A stretch of DNA of 64,000 nt from Spirogloea muscicola (lineage: Eukaryota). The first letter of the stretch is position 1; each line of letters starts with the position of its first letter. Both the position numbers and the translations under genes were made by a program. Positions 23,320-36,035 of this stretch are shown here, one piece after another. The stretch spans positions 132,021-196,020 of the forward strand of contig WELB01000002.1 of the NCBI GenBank assembly GCA_009602725.1, read 5' to 3'. Under the pieces are notes generated by a model that was given only the letters and a program-made list of their open reading frames with translations, was not told the DNA's origin and made no database searches.

Positions 23320-24499
23320 AGAAGTAAGGGTCAGGCACTCACGCTTGCCCTTGAAATTGCCCTTGTCCCGGCCTATGAGGCGCTGTGGACGTCGCCTCTC
23401 GAGGAAGAGGGACCCGCCGCCGGGCAGTCCCTGAGCTGGTGGCCTTGTCACCGCACTTGAAGCAGCCAGCACCTTCCACTTGGGAAAGCCGCCTTGAGGA
23501 CGAGCGTTTGAGCCCTACCTTGGGTTGAACCGCTTCTTGCCTCGGTCTGCATCAGAGCCGCCCTGCCTCCAGCAGGGGACGCTTGCCCGCACCGGCAATG
23601 TCCGGCGTGCTGAGCACCTTGCGGGTGTGCTCCACCATCTTGGTGAAGTCCGTGACAGCTTGTGACGTCGCGGAATCCATCGCGACCCAATTGCGCATGC
23701 GAGAATGCAGTCCAGCTTTGAAACGCTGGTAATGGTCATCGGCTTCTTGGGCTCGCTGCGTAGCTTGGACAGCAGCAGACGGGAGCGCTGCACATAGTGC
23801 TCAAAGCCTTCGCTGCCTTCGCCTTGCATGCGGAGGGCGTCCAGCTCATCACGGGCGCGCAGCTCCGCGTGTGGGTCGCCATCGGCGGACGTGAGCGAGC
23901 TGGAAAAGAAGTCCCAGCCACTGTACTCGGCGGGCGTCGATCCCTTCTTCAGGGTGTTCCACCACTCCCGGGGCTCCCCTGTAAGATAGGCCGCAGCGAG
24001 GCGCTCGCGTGCCCACGCGTCCGTGAGCGAACACGAACCATTCACCAATCTCATCGAGCTATGACTGCAACCCTCCCCCATCGTCTTGATCGGAAAATTA
24101 TCTGGGTGCATGGGGCCCCAAGTCCATGCTCAGGGTTGCCACTGCTCTTCCGCATCAAGTGCAACGAGGCATCCACCTTTGCATATGCCGCTCTTCGGCG
24201 CGCTGCCGGACGAGTAGGGCGCGTTGCTCCGCGCAGATCCTCGCAAAGAGGCGATGTTGAGCTGGGTCCGTCGTAGCTTGGGCTGCTGCCAGATCCTGCG
24301 TGAGGAGGGCCATGCGCTGCACCTCCCCAGCCGACAAGCCCTCCAGGCCTTCGGCTCCCAGCTCGGCGTGCCCCTCAAGGGCTTGCCCCGCTGCAGCCAC
24401 TGCCGCAGCAGCTGGCTCCGCAGCAGCCGCTGCCTCAGCAGCCGACCGCTCTGCCTCCCGAGGAAGGCTTGGCCGCGCACTGGATGTGTGCGATATCAT
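23320..24499 (-). pseudogene. gag: Degenerate gag
   Basis: AAAYLTGEPREWW, GDPHAELRARDELDAL; homologous to 44917-47050. Confidence 0.8.
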
Positions 24500-24826
24500 G
24501 TTGTTTGAAGGACACCGAGGGATCAATTCAGGCTCCGACAGTCAGCAAATCACACACTCCATACCGCAATACAGAACATCGCAAGACTGCTGCAGCAGCG
24601 AGCGAGCAAGCAAGGCAGCGCGCAACCTCACACCTCCAAAAGCAGGCAGGCAGACAGCCACAGATGTGACCAAGACCGATGCACACGATCAATGCTGGCC
24701 ACACGACTGACCTTACCACACACAGGCTGCAGGCTCAAGCGACACCTCAAAAGAAGCGAACGCAGCAAGTGGTCCTCAAGGATCAGTCGGTCAATCTGGC
24801 GTTGGTCGTTGCTGGCTCACGCAGCC

Positions 24827-25365
24827 TGTAAAGAATCTTGCCCTACACATGCAGTCAGGGTGAGCAGTCCTTATTCAGTTCGGCCCGTATGGGGTTTAGA
24901 GGTCAACCCACTACACGTGAAAGCACTAGCGCGTCGCGCAGCGCAAGATAGGCCCTGTGGTGCCGCCTTCCGGCGGCGACTCCACCTCCTGGGCGCAGGC
25001 CGGCGCAGCAGGCCCCGCAGCGGAGTGCGGCGGCGGCTGCGGCGGCGACCAGCGCCAAGGCTGCTCCTGGGCTTCACGGGCTTGAACTGTCTGTTGAGCC
25101 TCAGCCCCTGAGGCTCCTCGTGCTTCCCCGTGCCACCCCCCCTCCAGGGGTGTGAGCGGGTCGCCCCAAGGCCCACCTTTCGGCGGGCCCAAGATTCCTT
25201 ATTTGAACGGGCGAATCATCGAGGAGTATTTCGAATGGCGGGGCCCACGTCCGGCCCCTTGCGCGCCAAGCCAGCCCGCCAGCTGGCGGGCCCACTTGTC
25301 CCAAATAGCTGGTCATGTAATAGCAACAAAGCCGTGTGGCTTAACCAAACGGCCGCTTCATTGCA
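24827..25365 (-). repeat. LTR, family B
   Basis: Homologous to other family B LTRs; PPT complement TACCTCCCCACTCT at 25366. Confidence 0.9.
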
Positions 25366-25450
25366 TACCTCCCCACTCTGGTGTTCACGTACTCGGGAAC
25401 AATGAGAGAAGAACCGACAGGGATTGAGACGCCCGACGGCTGCTGCCTCT

Positions 25451-25977
25451 TCAAGCTGGAGAATTACCAACCTTGGCCACGTATTCCCTGAGAGCATCTG
25501 GACAATCTGCCAAATTGGCCGCAGGCTCCCACGTGTTGTGCTCAGGCCCATACCCGAGCCACTTCACCAGATACTCACGGGTCTTACGCCCTCGAGACTT
25601 GTCCCTGGGAGACAAGATCTCTTCCACCTCAAAGTCAAGGTCATCCTCGACCACTAGTGGAGGTGGGGGCGGTTGGACACGACCATCTGAGAGGAAGGCC
25701 CTCAGCTGAGACACATGGAAGATTTTATGGACCTTCCAATGCACCGGTGTCTTGAGCTCGTAGGACACCTTGCCCACAAGGCGTAATACTGCAAATGGTC
25801 CAACCCACTTGGGCAGCAACTTGCGCGTACCCACAACCCGCAAGGATAAGTGTTTCGTGCTAAGCAGCACTTGTGCACCAACAACAAAGGACAGGTCCTT
25901 CCGATGTTTGTCAGCATAAGCCTTCTGGCGACTCTGAGCAATTGCCAAGAATTGCCGAGCTCGTCTCTGAGCCTCCG
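25451..25977 (-). pseudogene. Integrase C-terminus with GPY/F and chromodomain
   Basis: [10 protein letters not shown]...FEVEEIL...[18 protein letters not shown] in one open frame. Confidence 0.9.
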
Positions 25978-26958
25978 AAAAAAAAAAAACATCCTTCCGC
26001 TGATGCCCGCGTAGTAGTGGGAGCAAAATGTACCATTTCACTCAGGCGATTCACAAGACGACATTGGCATCATAGCCGCTCTTCGACTTAGGAAATTGTG
26101 CGATAAACTTCACACTGACATCAGACCAATTCTGCTCCGGAGTCTTACAGAGAGCCGGCGGGACCCGCAGCGAGGAGCTGTGGCGACGGGCTGGGCAGCA
26201 GGCGGCAGCAGCAGAGCTGTGGCGGCGGCGGCAGCAGCAGGCAGCAGCAGAGCTGTGTCTCTTTCGGCGTTGGTCGGACTGAGGAGTCTGGCCAAGGCCA
26301 ATTACTTATAGCGATTCTCCTGCCACCCCTCCCCTGAGGGTGTGACGAGGATCGCCTCCAGGGCCCTTTCCCGGAGGGGCGGGCCTGACAAGGGAACAAG
26401 ATGTATACAAGAGGCTGGCGCACAGGGCCAGCGGCCTGTAGCACGAGTTCAAGGGACGAGCGTCAAGAGGCCGGCGCGCGAGTCGAAGAGTCTGGCGCGC
26501 AGAACAGGGACTAGCGCCAAGGAGGTGGCGCGCCAGGCCAAGGGCCTGGCTCAAGGGGCCAAAAGGACTGAGGACCGAGGCCATGCGGCCATGAGGCCAA
26601 GAAAGCTGGCCAACCAGGTCATTCGCAGGGCGCTGGCCTGAGGGAGAGCTGCCCCACCCGGCCAGCCCGCTGGGCGCTGGCCCGAGGGAGAGCTGGCCCA
26701 CCGGGCCAGCCCGCGGGGCGTGGGCGCGAGGCGTGCGCACGGGGCCCGAAGCGTGCGCACGTGGTACGGAGCCCAGGACCTCGAACCGTACTTAGCTACA
26801 CGGAGTGCAACAAAATAACCCGCACCGTTTGGAAGTCCCAAACGGCAGATACGATACGCTAATGTAAGGTCACTGACCCCGTTGGCATGCCGAACAAGGG
26901 GCAACGTTCCATGTTCTCTCGTTGTTCCCGAGCACGTGAACATCAGAGTGGGGAGGTA

Positions 26959-27478
26959 TGTAATGAACCGGCCGTTTGCTTAAGCCACACGGCTCTGTTG
27001 TTATTACATGACCGACTAATTGGGACAAGTGGCCCGCCAGGTGGGCTGGCTGTTCGGGCAAGTGACCCGCCCAGAGACGGGCCCCGCCCGTCCTTAAGTA
27101 CACCTCGCCAGGATCCACCAGTTCAAGGGAGGATCTTTGGCCTGTCGCAAGGCGGGCCATGGGGCGACCCGCTCACACCACTGGAGGGATGGTGGCACGG
27201 GAAGCACGAGGAGCCTTGGCGGTGAGGCTCGAAAGGAGTTGGAGCCTGGAAGCTCGGGAGCAGCCTTGCGCTGCTCGCCGCCGCAGCCGCCGCCGCACTC
27301 TGCTGTGGGGCCTGCTGCGCCGGCCTGCGCCCAGGAGGTGGAGCCACAGGGCCTGTCTTCCACTGCGCCGATGCGCTAGTGCTTTCCTGGGTAGTGGGTT
27401 GGTCCCTAAACCCCCTACAGCCATAACTCTACAAGGACTCCTCTCCCTAACTGCGTGTGCAGGACGAGGTTCTCTACA
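26959..27478 (+). repeat. 3' LTR, family B
   Basis: TGTAATGAACC...TCTCTACA after PPT AGAGTGGGGAGGTA. Confidence 0.9.
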
Positions 27479-28079
27479 GGCCTCGCATGCTCCCGTCATG
27501 CTCGGCCCAGACATGCTCGGCGGCATGTGTGGGTCCGAACACCCCCGGCGGCCTGTTTGGCTGCCGCCATGCTCGGCCATGCCCGGCCTCGGCCATGCCT
27601 GGCGGCATGCTCTGCCGCGGCCATGCTCGGCGCCATGGCGCCTGCTGGAGACAGCTCACGGTTCCCTCGTCAGGCACGCTCCTCGCGGGCGAGCCTTGAG
27701 GCGACCCCCATACACCCTAGAGGGAGGGTGGCACGGTGAAGCACTTACTATTGCACGGAGCAAAGAGAGACCCGACCGGAGGCCGGGGACTCAGTGAAGC
27801 TCTGAGAGGCGCATCCTAGCCGCTGCCTGCTGCTGCAGACCGCTGCCGCGCGCGGCTCGTTGCCGGCTCTGCTGTGGGGACCTTGGCGGAGTTCCGCTGG
27901 AGGTAAGTCTGCAGCGGGTGCCCAAGAGTGGAGCTGCTGCTTAGCGGCAGCACCACAGGGCAAGTCTTCGGCTGTGCCGGATGTCTCCTCGTGGCGGGTG
28001 GTTGTCCCTAAATGTTCAACACTCGATCATAACAAGGACGCATTCGACTCTAACCTGCCTTCAGGGACCGAACGCTACA
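27479..28079 (+). repeat. 5'-truncated LTR, family C
   Basis: Reverse-complement homology to 14870-15435; ends ...GAACGCTACA. Confidence 0.85.
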
Positions 28080-29111
28080 GCCGGCCTGTCCAACCGGCCA
28101 CGCCGGGGGCCAAACTGCCGAGGCGCCAGTGTGGACACCGCGCCACCGAGGCCTCGTGCGTGACCACCTGGCCAGGCCAGGTCGGTCACGTGCGAATCAG
28201 GTAAGCGTAACCACCTGAGTTAACGCTCACAGTAAATGGGAGCATTACAGCACCAGCCAGCGACGAGCCCACCAAGGGCCAGCCAAGGACGCCTCGCAGC
28301 GAACGGGCAGCGACTTGCCGATGAGGGCAGCGGCAGCAGGCAGGTCATCAGCCTTCAACGCTGCCTCAAACGCGCCACCTAGTCCCCCTCTGCCAGCTAC
28401 TTTGACCTGCTGAGGTCGAGGAAGTGATTTGATGAGCTGTCGGGGCTCTGTCGGCATCCCTGGTTTGTCCGACTCCAAGGAGGCGCATCGCGTTGTGCTT
28501 GATGGAGCAGTATGAGGCTGCTGGTCCAAAGGGACCTGCTAGCAACCCCCGTGTGTGGGGGTGTGCTCCGAGACGTGCAAATGCAAACTGCTCGGCCATG
28601 CTGTGGGTCGACAATTCCTGCATCTCCTGTATGCTGAGTGCCTGGAGCTGCCGGAGCTACGGTTGGGGTGTGCCCAACTGTCTTCACATGCTACACCAGT
28701 AGTCACGACTGAAGTGTGGCCAGCCGTCCCTACCAGCCATGTTTACCTGTTACTGTTGTTGCCGGAGTCACGACTGGGGCGTGCCCAATTGTGCCCAATT
28801 CCACCTCCGTGTGGGCTGGGACGGCAGACAGGAGCAGCCTCGGCACCTGGCTTTGAGATCGAGGTATGGCTTGCTTGTAATGCAAGGCATTCACATCCGC
28901 CGGTGGGATTGTGACCATCTCTCTATGTGAAGACCTGCACAGTGACAGCCTCCAATGAAGAAGAGTTGCCCCAGGGATCTGATAAATTGGGAATATCTTG
29001 TCAAGCTCATCGACCAGATGGCTCCCAGGAGGGCGTAGAGAGGCGCCGAGAGTGCGGAGGGGCGCTTGGAGGCCGTGCAGGTGGAGGACGGCTCCCAAAT
29101 GGGCACAAAGG

Positions 29112-29230
29112 ACGCCGTGGAGCGCGTTGCGTTGTCCTGCTGCATTGCGTGGAGCGCGTGGACGGCGTGGAGCGCGTTGCGTTTCCCTGCATTGCGTGGA
29201 GCGAGTGGATGCCGTGGAGCGCGTTGCGAG
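29112..29230. repeat. Degenerate tandem repeat built on a GTGGAGCGCGT core
   Basis: Five cores in a higher-order ~50-bp unit. Confidence 0.75.
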
Positions 29231-29423
29231 CTTCTCCAGCGAGGGGGGTGTTGTGCCGTCGACTGAGTATTTGTGTCGATCTGACTAGGACAGCTGACCT
29301 GGCTTGACACGTGGCTTCCTAGGCTGTCTCATTTAATTTGTGTGTGATTCACGCTAAGGATGGAGGACCACTTTTCTCCTTTCTCTCAATTCTTTCTTTC
29401 GCGGTGACCGCTCATATAATGCG

Positions 29424-29490
29424 GACGACAACGACGACAACGACGACAATGACGACAAAAACGACAACAACAACAACAACAACAATAACG
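29424..29490. repeat. (ACG/ACA)n microsatellite
   Basis: Direct reading of the sequence. Confidence 0.9.
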
Positions 29491-29606
29491 GCGGAGCGGC
29501 TACAAGGGCCAATGCCCACGCACGACGCCAACGGGTCGAAGACCGTTCAAAGCGCAACGAGGGAAGCCCATCTACGGGGACCTCAACCACCAACAAGACC
29601 GTCAAG

Positions 29607-32557
29607 GTGGGCGCTACCGAAGCGGTGGAATGGCGATTGTGGAACGGACGGCCGAAGACCACCAATTCAAGGTCAGGTCGGCCACTGCGTCTGATGAACG
29701 GCCCTGAGAGACAACCCTTCCGCCCCCTCCTGGACCGCATCCACCTCTCCGAGAACGGGCGGTGGGAGGAGCTCCTGGCGCAACACGACGCCGCAGTGGC
29801 AGCAGCCGCCGCCAGTCGCCACGCCTGGCTTGGGGAGTCGTCGTCCAACAGGGCAGCCGCCATCCGACGTGCTCTTCGCTTTGGACACGCCGGCGAGCTC
29901 TCGCGGGCTGTGCAAGCACTGGAGGACTCTTCGCTGGCTCCACCGACTTCGACCACCAGACGTACCCTGGACGCCCTCCATCCCGAAGCCCGTGGCCCCT
30001 CCCCGCCCTGGCTGCCTTCCTTCGAGCCGCCTGAGGCAGTGACCCTCGACGCCGCAACCCTCCGTCGGGTACTCCAGAGCAGCCGCAGAGCAGCAGCAGG
30101 CGGCCCCTCTGGCATGCTCACGGAGCACCTCCGTGAGCTCTTCCTGGAGGGCGAGGCCTCCGACTTCCAGGCGCTGCTCCAAGTCTGTCAGCTTGTGGCC
30201 CAGGACAAGGTCCCTGCTGCTACCCGTTCGGTGCTCTGCTCCAGCAACCTCCTCGCCATCGCCAAGGCCAATGGCGGAGTCCGCCCCATCGCTATCGGCG
30301 GAGATTCTGTACCGGCTGGTGCGCGCGCTGTGGCAGCAACATCTCGGGCAGGCGCAGACCCACCTTGCCCCACATCAATACGGTGCTGGGCTCCGCAGCG
30401 GCTGATAGGTTGTCGTCCACGGCGTCCGCGCGGCCCTGGATCTCCACCTGACTGGATGGTCCTGGCGGTCGATGTGCAAAACGCTTTCAACAGCGTAGAG
30501 CGCACCGCCATCGCCGAGGAGCTGCGAGCGGCCTTCCCTTCCCTGATTCCCTTCTTCCGCCTTGGCTACGGCCAGCCCAGCGACCTTCTGTGGCGGACAG
30601 GGAGTGGCGAGGTGGAGACGCTGCAGTCGAGGACGGGCACTCGCCAGGGGGACCTTCTCGCAGGGTTCTTCTTTGCGCTGGCTCACAGCCGCGCTCTCAA
30701 GGCCACTGCAGAGGCGCACCCCGGCGTCCTCCTGCCGTCCTACGCCGACGACACTACACTCGTCGGCATCCCAGGGGATGTGTCAGCAGCCACCGCCACC
30801 TTCCAGCAGCAGCTGGCCGCCCTCGGCATGTCCATCCGGCCCAAGAAGTGCATTGCGTGGTCTCCGCGTGGCTTCCCTTACCCCTTGCCCCTGCCGCCTG
30901 GGTGCCAGACTCCCCCAAGCGGCCTCACCATCCTAGGGGTCCCATTCGGCAAGCCGTCGTTCGTTGACGGGCAACTGCGCGTCCGGCTCCAGGAACACCT
31001 CCAGCCGGTGGCCCGCCTCCTCGAGCTGCAGGACATGCAGCTGGCGCTTGCCATGCTCACCAGGTGCATTGTGCAGCGTCCCCACTACCTGGCGCGGACG
31101 ACCCCCCCTGCCCCGAGGTGCTGGAGGCCTACACCACGTTCGACGCGGGTGTCCTGGAGGCCGTGGCGGCCCTCATCCGCCACACTGGCTTCCTCTACTC
31201 GCCAGCTGCGACGCTCCAGGCCACTCTGCACCCTGGCCAGGGCGGCCTCGGCTGCCGCTCGCTCGCGCGCGTCTATAGGCCAGCGTTCCTTGGCAGCTGG
31301 GCCCAGGTCGCCACGTCGGTGGCGCAGCGCTTCCTCCATGATGGGCGGCCCCTGTTGCGGCAGGTTGTGATGGAGGTGGCGACCGGCTCGTTGCCTTTCC
31401 AGGTGGCGCTCCGCTCAGCTCAAGACGGGTTACTTGCGGAGCACCCTGCCCTTGCCGAGAGCGTGGTCCCGTTTGCCCACCTGGCCCACACCACCGACTC
31501 GCAAGCGCAGGCGCGCTACATGGCGGCAGTCGACAAGGCGTCCTTCACGGCCACGCTGCAGCTCCTCCCTGCAACCGACGTGCGCGGGCATGCTCGGCTG
31601 CTGTCGGCCGCCTCCCCAGGCGCGGCAGCCTGGCTCTCAGCGCTCCCTCTGTACGATGCCCTCCGGATGACGGATGAGCTGTTCCGAACGGCCACCCATC
31701 GGCTGCTGGGCCTCCCCCCGCCGTGCCTGCTGGGCGTGCTGCAGTGTGAATGTGGGGAGCGGTCGACGGACCCGGCGGAGCTGGCGGCGCATATTTTCCG
31801 CTGTGCCACTGGAGGCGAGCGTACAGCTGCTCACGATCTCCTGCGTGATGCCATCTTCGGCATCTTTCAGGGGGCCGGCTACACGGTGGCGCTGGAGAAC
31901 TCTTCTGTCATGCCCATCCTCCGGAGGGCCGACGGACTTTATACGCGCCGTGTCGACTTGGTGGCGTCAACGCCGAGCGGCGGCGCGCGCATCATCGCTG
32001 ACGTGGTCACCACTGATGTGGTCGACCGCTCCAACCCGGGGCCTCGCGAGCTGGCCACGCAGCGACGAAGGCCGCTCGCAGCAAGGCGGCCAAACACGCC
32101 AACCACCCGATTGCAGATGTGTTCGTCCCCCTGGCTGTGGACGTGCACGGGGCTCTCGGGTCTCAGTGGCTCGACCTGCTGGCCCGGCTTGCGCGGCGCG
32201 CTGTGTCCCGCAGGCGCGGTGAGCCGACGGACTTCAACGCCGCTGGCTCGTGGGCTCAAGTATACCGTATGAGTTTGCCTGTATCCCTTCAGCGGTCCAT
32301 GGCCCACGCTCTGCATCTGCGTGCTGGCCGTGCTCTCGCTGCGGCCTCCGGCTTTCGTCAGGGGGATAGTTTTCCGGCAGCTAGTCTGTCGGATCTGAGG
32401 CTCCTCACTCGTAACTACTGAATGATCCACCCTCCCCCTGATCTGACATAGGCTCTTCCGACCCCTTTGTAGCTGCTACACGCTTGTAGGCCCCTCCGAA
32501 CCTTTTTGGGCTGGCTTTTCGCAGCCCTTGCCCCCATTGGGAGTGCCACTTCTCTTC
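29607..32557 (+). mobile_element. Non-LTR retrotransposon, CRE-like (RT plus restriction-like endonuclease), frameshifted and probably 5'-truncated
   Basis: AAGGPSG, GGVRPIAIG, HQYGAG, VDVQNAFNSVER, GTRQGD, YADD (30741-30752); CECG...H..RC..GGERTAAHD zinc motif; RRVDL...DV...FVPLAVDVHG endonuclease; stop at 32421; CTT-type tail. Confidence 0.9.
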
Positions 32558-35095
32558 CGCCTAGCCAACCAGCGTAGCGAACGGCGCACCTAGCCAATCA
32601 GGTAGTGCTAGGGGTTCACCGCATCCGGCCCATGTCGGAGCGCGCGAGCCCTGCCAAGCAGTTCGCTTGGCAAACCTCACCCTCCTGCCTCGCCTGCGCA
32701 CACCGCGCCTGCGCCGACCACGCCTGTGTCCGCTCGCGCCTGCGTCCGCAAGAGCGTAGAGCTCGGCGCCTATGGCGTGCGCGCTTAGTGAGGCATTGCG
32801 CGAACCCGCTAGCGACTGCGAGAAGTCGTCTTTCTTCTGTGGTGAGCAGCCTTCTCATTGTGCTGTTCTTTGCGAGTCTTACCTTCGGAGTGTTGTGCTC
32901 ATTGTTTGAGTGCACGTATCAAACTGATTGCTTGTGTGCATATTATGGATGCATCGCTTGTGAGATCACGAAGCTAAAGAGGACGTGCCTTTCGGCCTCC
33001 TAAGACCTTTGGAGAACATAGATAGGGTCGATCTCCGGACGGTCTCGTTACCCTGTAGATAGTATCGACCTTCGGACGGTCTCGTTACTTGGATACTGGT
33101 GACAGGAAACTCGCTTTACAGTGGCACATTCCGCTTTGTTTGCCTAAACTACAAATTAAAATTCGACTGTTCTTGACTTGTCCACGGCTGTGATGTCTGG
33201 AACTGATAACAATTAGAAAACTGGTTCCCCATCACATGGCTTTTCATGTCAGCATTTTCATTCTTCTGGACCTATCGACGCCATCTCGGACAGACGCCCT
33301 CTCGCATGACAGGGGAGTGGTGTGACGGCTACAGTCACTTAGTGTAGATAATTAGCCTGATCGTCTGTTAGCCAGACGTAAGTGTAGAGACGACGAACTA
33401 GCGTAGCAGACACTTAGAGGGGCACGCGTCGGCACGGCCGGCTGCGTTACGGCCCGGCTGCATGCCATGCTCTGGGCATGCTGGATATGGCGGGCAAGCC
33501 GGGTATGGCGGGCCGGGCATGGCGGCCTCTGGGGCTCTCGCACCGGGCTCGCCCCTACAAGGCCTGCCCCGGCGCCCAGCCAGAGACTCGGCAGACGCTG
33601 CAATCCACCTTAGCGTTGCCCCGCTCTCCGGCCGCTAAATCATGGTCGTCAGGACTGGACCCGCTTTACTATGGAGTCGTAATATGCTGACCATCAGAAC
33701 CTGAATCGATCACTCAGTGTTTTCCTTGGAAGGCATGGAGTCGCAATGCTCCAGTGCGCGCCCCAGCCCTCCTCGGCCGGCTGCTCAACCGACTGCAGTG
33801 GAGGCGCGGACCAACGAGCTGGCAAAACGACTCCGGACGGAGCTCCGGACGATGGCCGGCCCTGATGGCCCGGCCCTCCGGACGGCTACCGGTCCTGGCG
33901 GCCTGTCGCCGGAGGACTTGCGCCGAGTCGCACTTCTTGCGGAACTTCTGGAGGCGGAGATGGCACCGTACCTGCCTCACACGCCTTGGGGGCATTGTGG
34001 GAGGAGGTGCAGGCCACGCTCAATACGGCTGACCGTCGGCATCGGCGGGCCTGGGCCCAAATGCACTGGTTGCGTGGGGCCCCGGTGCATGAATTGCACC
34101 ACGGTCAGAGCCAGGCGAACGCCCTTCGTGGGTCGGGTCGCCCGTCCGCACCCCGGAATTACTCTGGCCACATGGAGCCTGGGGGCCTCCAAGCGTGGCT
34201 GGACGATATCGCGGATTGGCTCGTGCTATGCGGCACGGCCGAGGAGGCAAGAGTGGGTCTTGCCGCAGCACACCTGACTGGCGCGTCTCTGCAGTGCAGG
34301 AATTCCGTGAAGAAAAGCTCTACTCCCGAGATGGTATAACACATCGGAGTTTTCCTAGCGCTCGTTGGCTGCATCGTTTGATTAGGTCCTAAACGCAAGC
34401 TTGGGGCTGGCGTGAATCGTATCATGATTGAGGCATTTTTCATTTCAAATCGATGGCAGCGCATGGCGCTAGCTACTCTGCATTGTCACCCATCAATCAA
34501 GCGCCCTCCTATTGAGGCGGGACGAAGGCGAGGTCCATCCACTAAGGGGCCGCATGCACGCTGTAACGTTCCCTCCGTTTGGGAGTGCCGACGGTGCCGG
34601 TAATCTTACATGTTTGTATTTTGTATTTGTCGGGGGGAACGCTCCAACGGTCCCGGCTCCGCCGGCCGTACGGTACGTGCTCCGCCCCCCCGGCGCCGCG
34701 GCCTGAAGCGCCGCGAGGCACCGCCCGACGCGCCGCTTTGCGCCTCCTCGGCGCCGCCCGAGGCTCCGCGTCGCACCCCCTTGATGCCGCACAAGGCACC
34801 CCGTCGTACCTCATTGGCTCCGTCAAGGCGCCCTTCCGCGCCATCAAATAGCGTCGCGTTCACGCGCCGCCTCGCGTCTCCTTGGAGCCGCCCAAGGCGC
34901 CGCTTTGCGCCTCCTTGGAGCCGCCCAAGGTGCCGCTCTTCGTGTCCCCTTCGTCCGGCCCGCCCCTTCGGGGGAGGGCCTTGGGGGCGACCCTCGTCAC
35001 ACCCTCGGGGGTGGGGTGGCAGATGGAACGCTATATAAGTAGTAGGCCCTGGCCGGGCTCGGGAGTCCGACCAACGCCGAGAGAGACACAGCCCT

Positions 35096-36035
35096 TGTGA
35101 CGTTCCTGACCCTTAAGAGCGCAGTCAGGGGTCAGTAAGTCCTCGTTGATTTCGGTCGCTGGGGTTTAGAGACAAACCCCCAGCACAGAGAAGCACCACC
35201 TATACTACGCAGCGGAATACCTTGCCCTGAGGCGCCGCCGACAGGCGGCGACTCACCTCTTCAGGTACGGGCCAGCAACTGTTCCCAGTGGGAGCAGCCA
35301 CAGTCTACTTACAGGAGAGTCGATGAAGATCCGCAGCGACGGGTTGCGGCGTCGGGCTGCAGCAGCAGGCAGCAGCAGGCCTGCGTGGACGAGCTGCGGC
35401 AGCAGGCGGCAGCAGGGCTGCGCGCCTCTCTCTCGCGTGGGCTTCACTGACTTGGACCGATTACCCTGAGCCTGGTCTCAGCCCTACTTGTAGTGCTTCA
35501 CGTGCCACCCTCCCCAGGGGTCTCTGGGAGGTTCGTCTCAGGGCCCACCTCGGGAAGGCGGGCCCGACAAGGGGAATCTAGTACGTGGCCAGGCCACGCG
35601 GCTTCCTTCTGGAAGTGGCGGCCAGTGGCGGCCAATGGCGGCCAGCCTGCGGCGCCGCCGAGCGGCGGCGCTCTGACTGCGGCGCCGCCGAGCGGCGCCC
35701 TGCGGCGCCGGCTTGCGGCGCCGCCAGTGCGTCACGGGTGTGGTGCGGCGTCACGGGCGCGCCACACGTGTCACATACACGTCATTACGGGTGTGTCGGC
35801 AGATCCCAGAATATGCCGAGGAGCTTCTCTCCGGAAGTCTAGGATTGGCCACCTCTGCTGGAGGCGGCCGCGCCTGCACGTCACATCGTCAGCAGGCGCG
35901 TCACACCGCGCGACACCTCACGCGGGTCGCTCGCGCGTCGCACGCGCGTCGCACACGTCAGGCACGTGCGCGTCAGTGGTTACACGATAGCGCTTAACTC
36001 GGAGTTCAACGTCCCGTAACGGCGGGGACGTTGCA
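35096..36035 (-). repeat. 3' LTR of the 35096-41978 element
   Basis: Highly similar to 41063-41978 and next to the PPT. Confidence 0.93.

Larger units (their letters stand above)
22148..26145 (-). mobile_element. Circularly permuted one-LTR chromovirus (INT 3' half, chromodomain, PPT, LTR, leader, gag, INT 5' half)
   Basis: The two ends are contiguous in integrase (LLQPLQ|TPEQNWSDVSV); single family B LTR at 24827-25365. Confidence 0.75.
21251..26911 (-). mobile_element. Solo LTR, family E, TSD TGTTC, split by nested insertions (own pieces 21251-21282, 22000-22149, 26144-26911)
   Basis: TGTTC at 21246-21250 and 26912-26916; R/U5 pieces collinear with the family E LTR at ~42080-42364; empty site visible at ~49100. 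Confidence 0.85.
18954..27478 (+). mobile_element. 5'-truncated degenerate chromovirus (RH-INT-chromodomain, PPT, family B 3' LTR), split by the 21251-26911 insertion
   Basis: CDAS...EQKLLAVV at 18960-19100, integrase 19500-20700 with an internal duplication, chromodomain 21020-21180; 3' UTR resumes at 26912; PPT and LTR 26959-27478. Confidence 0.85.

Noticed and set aside
25978..25989. A12 tract as a retroposed poly(A) tail
   Set aside because: Lies at an internal integrase deletion junction with no TSD; more likely filler or slippage
29112..29230. CRISPR-like repeat array
   Set aside because: Degenerate repeats without unique spacers, no cas genes, eukaryotic context
32600..33700. Possible further LTRs (duplicated CGGACGGTCTCGTTAC near 33037 and 33073; TGTAG start at 33343)
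   Set aside because: No matching partner LTR, PBS or TSD could be established
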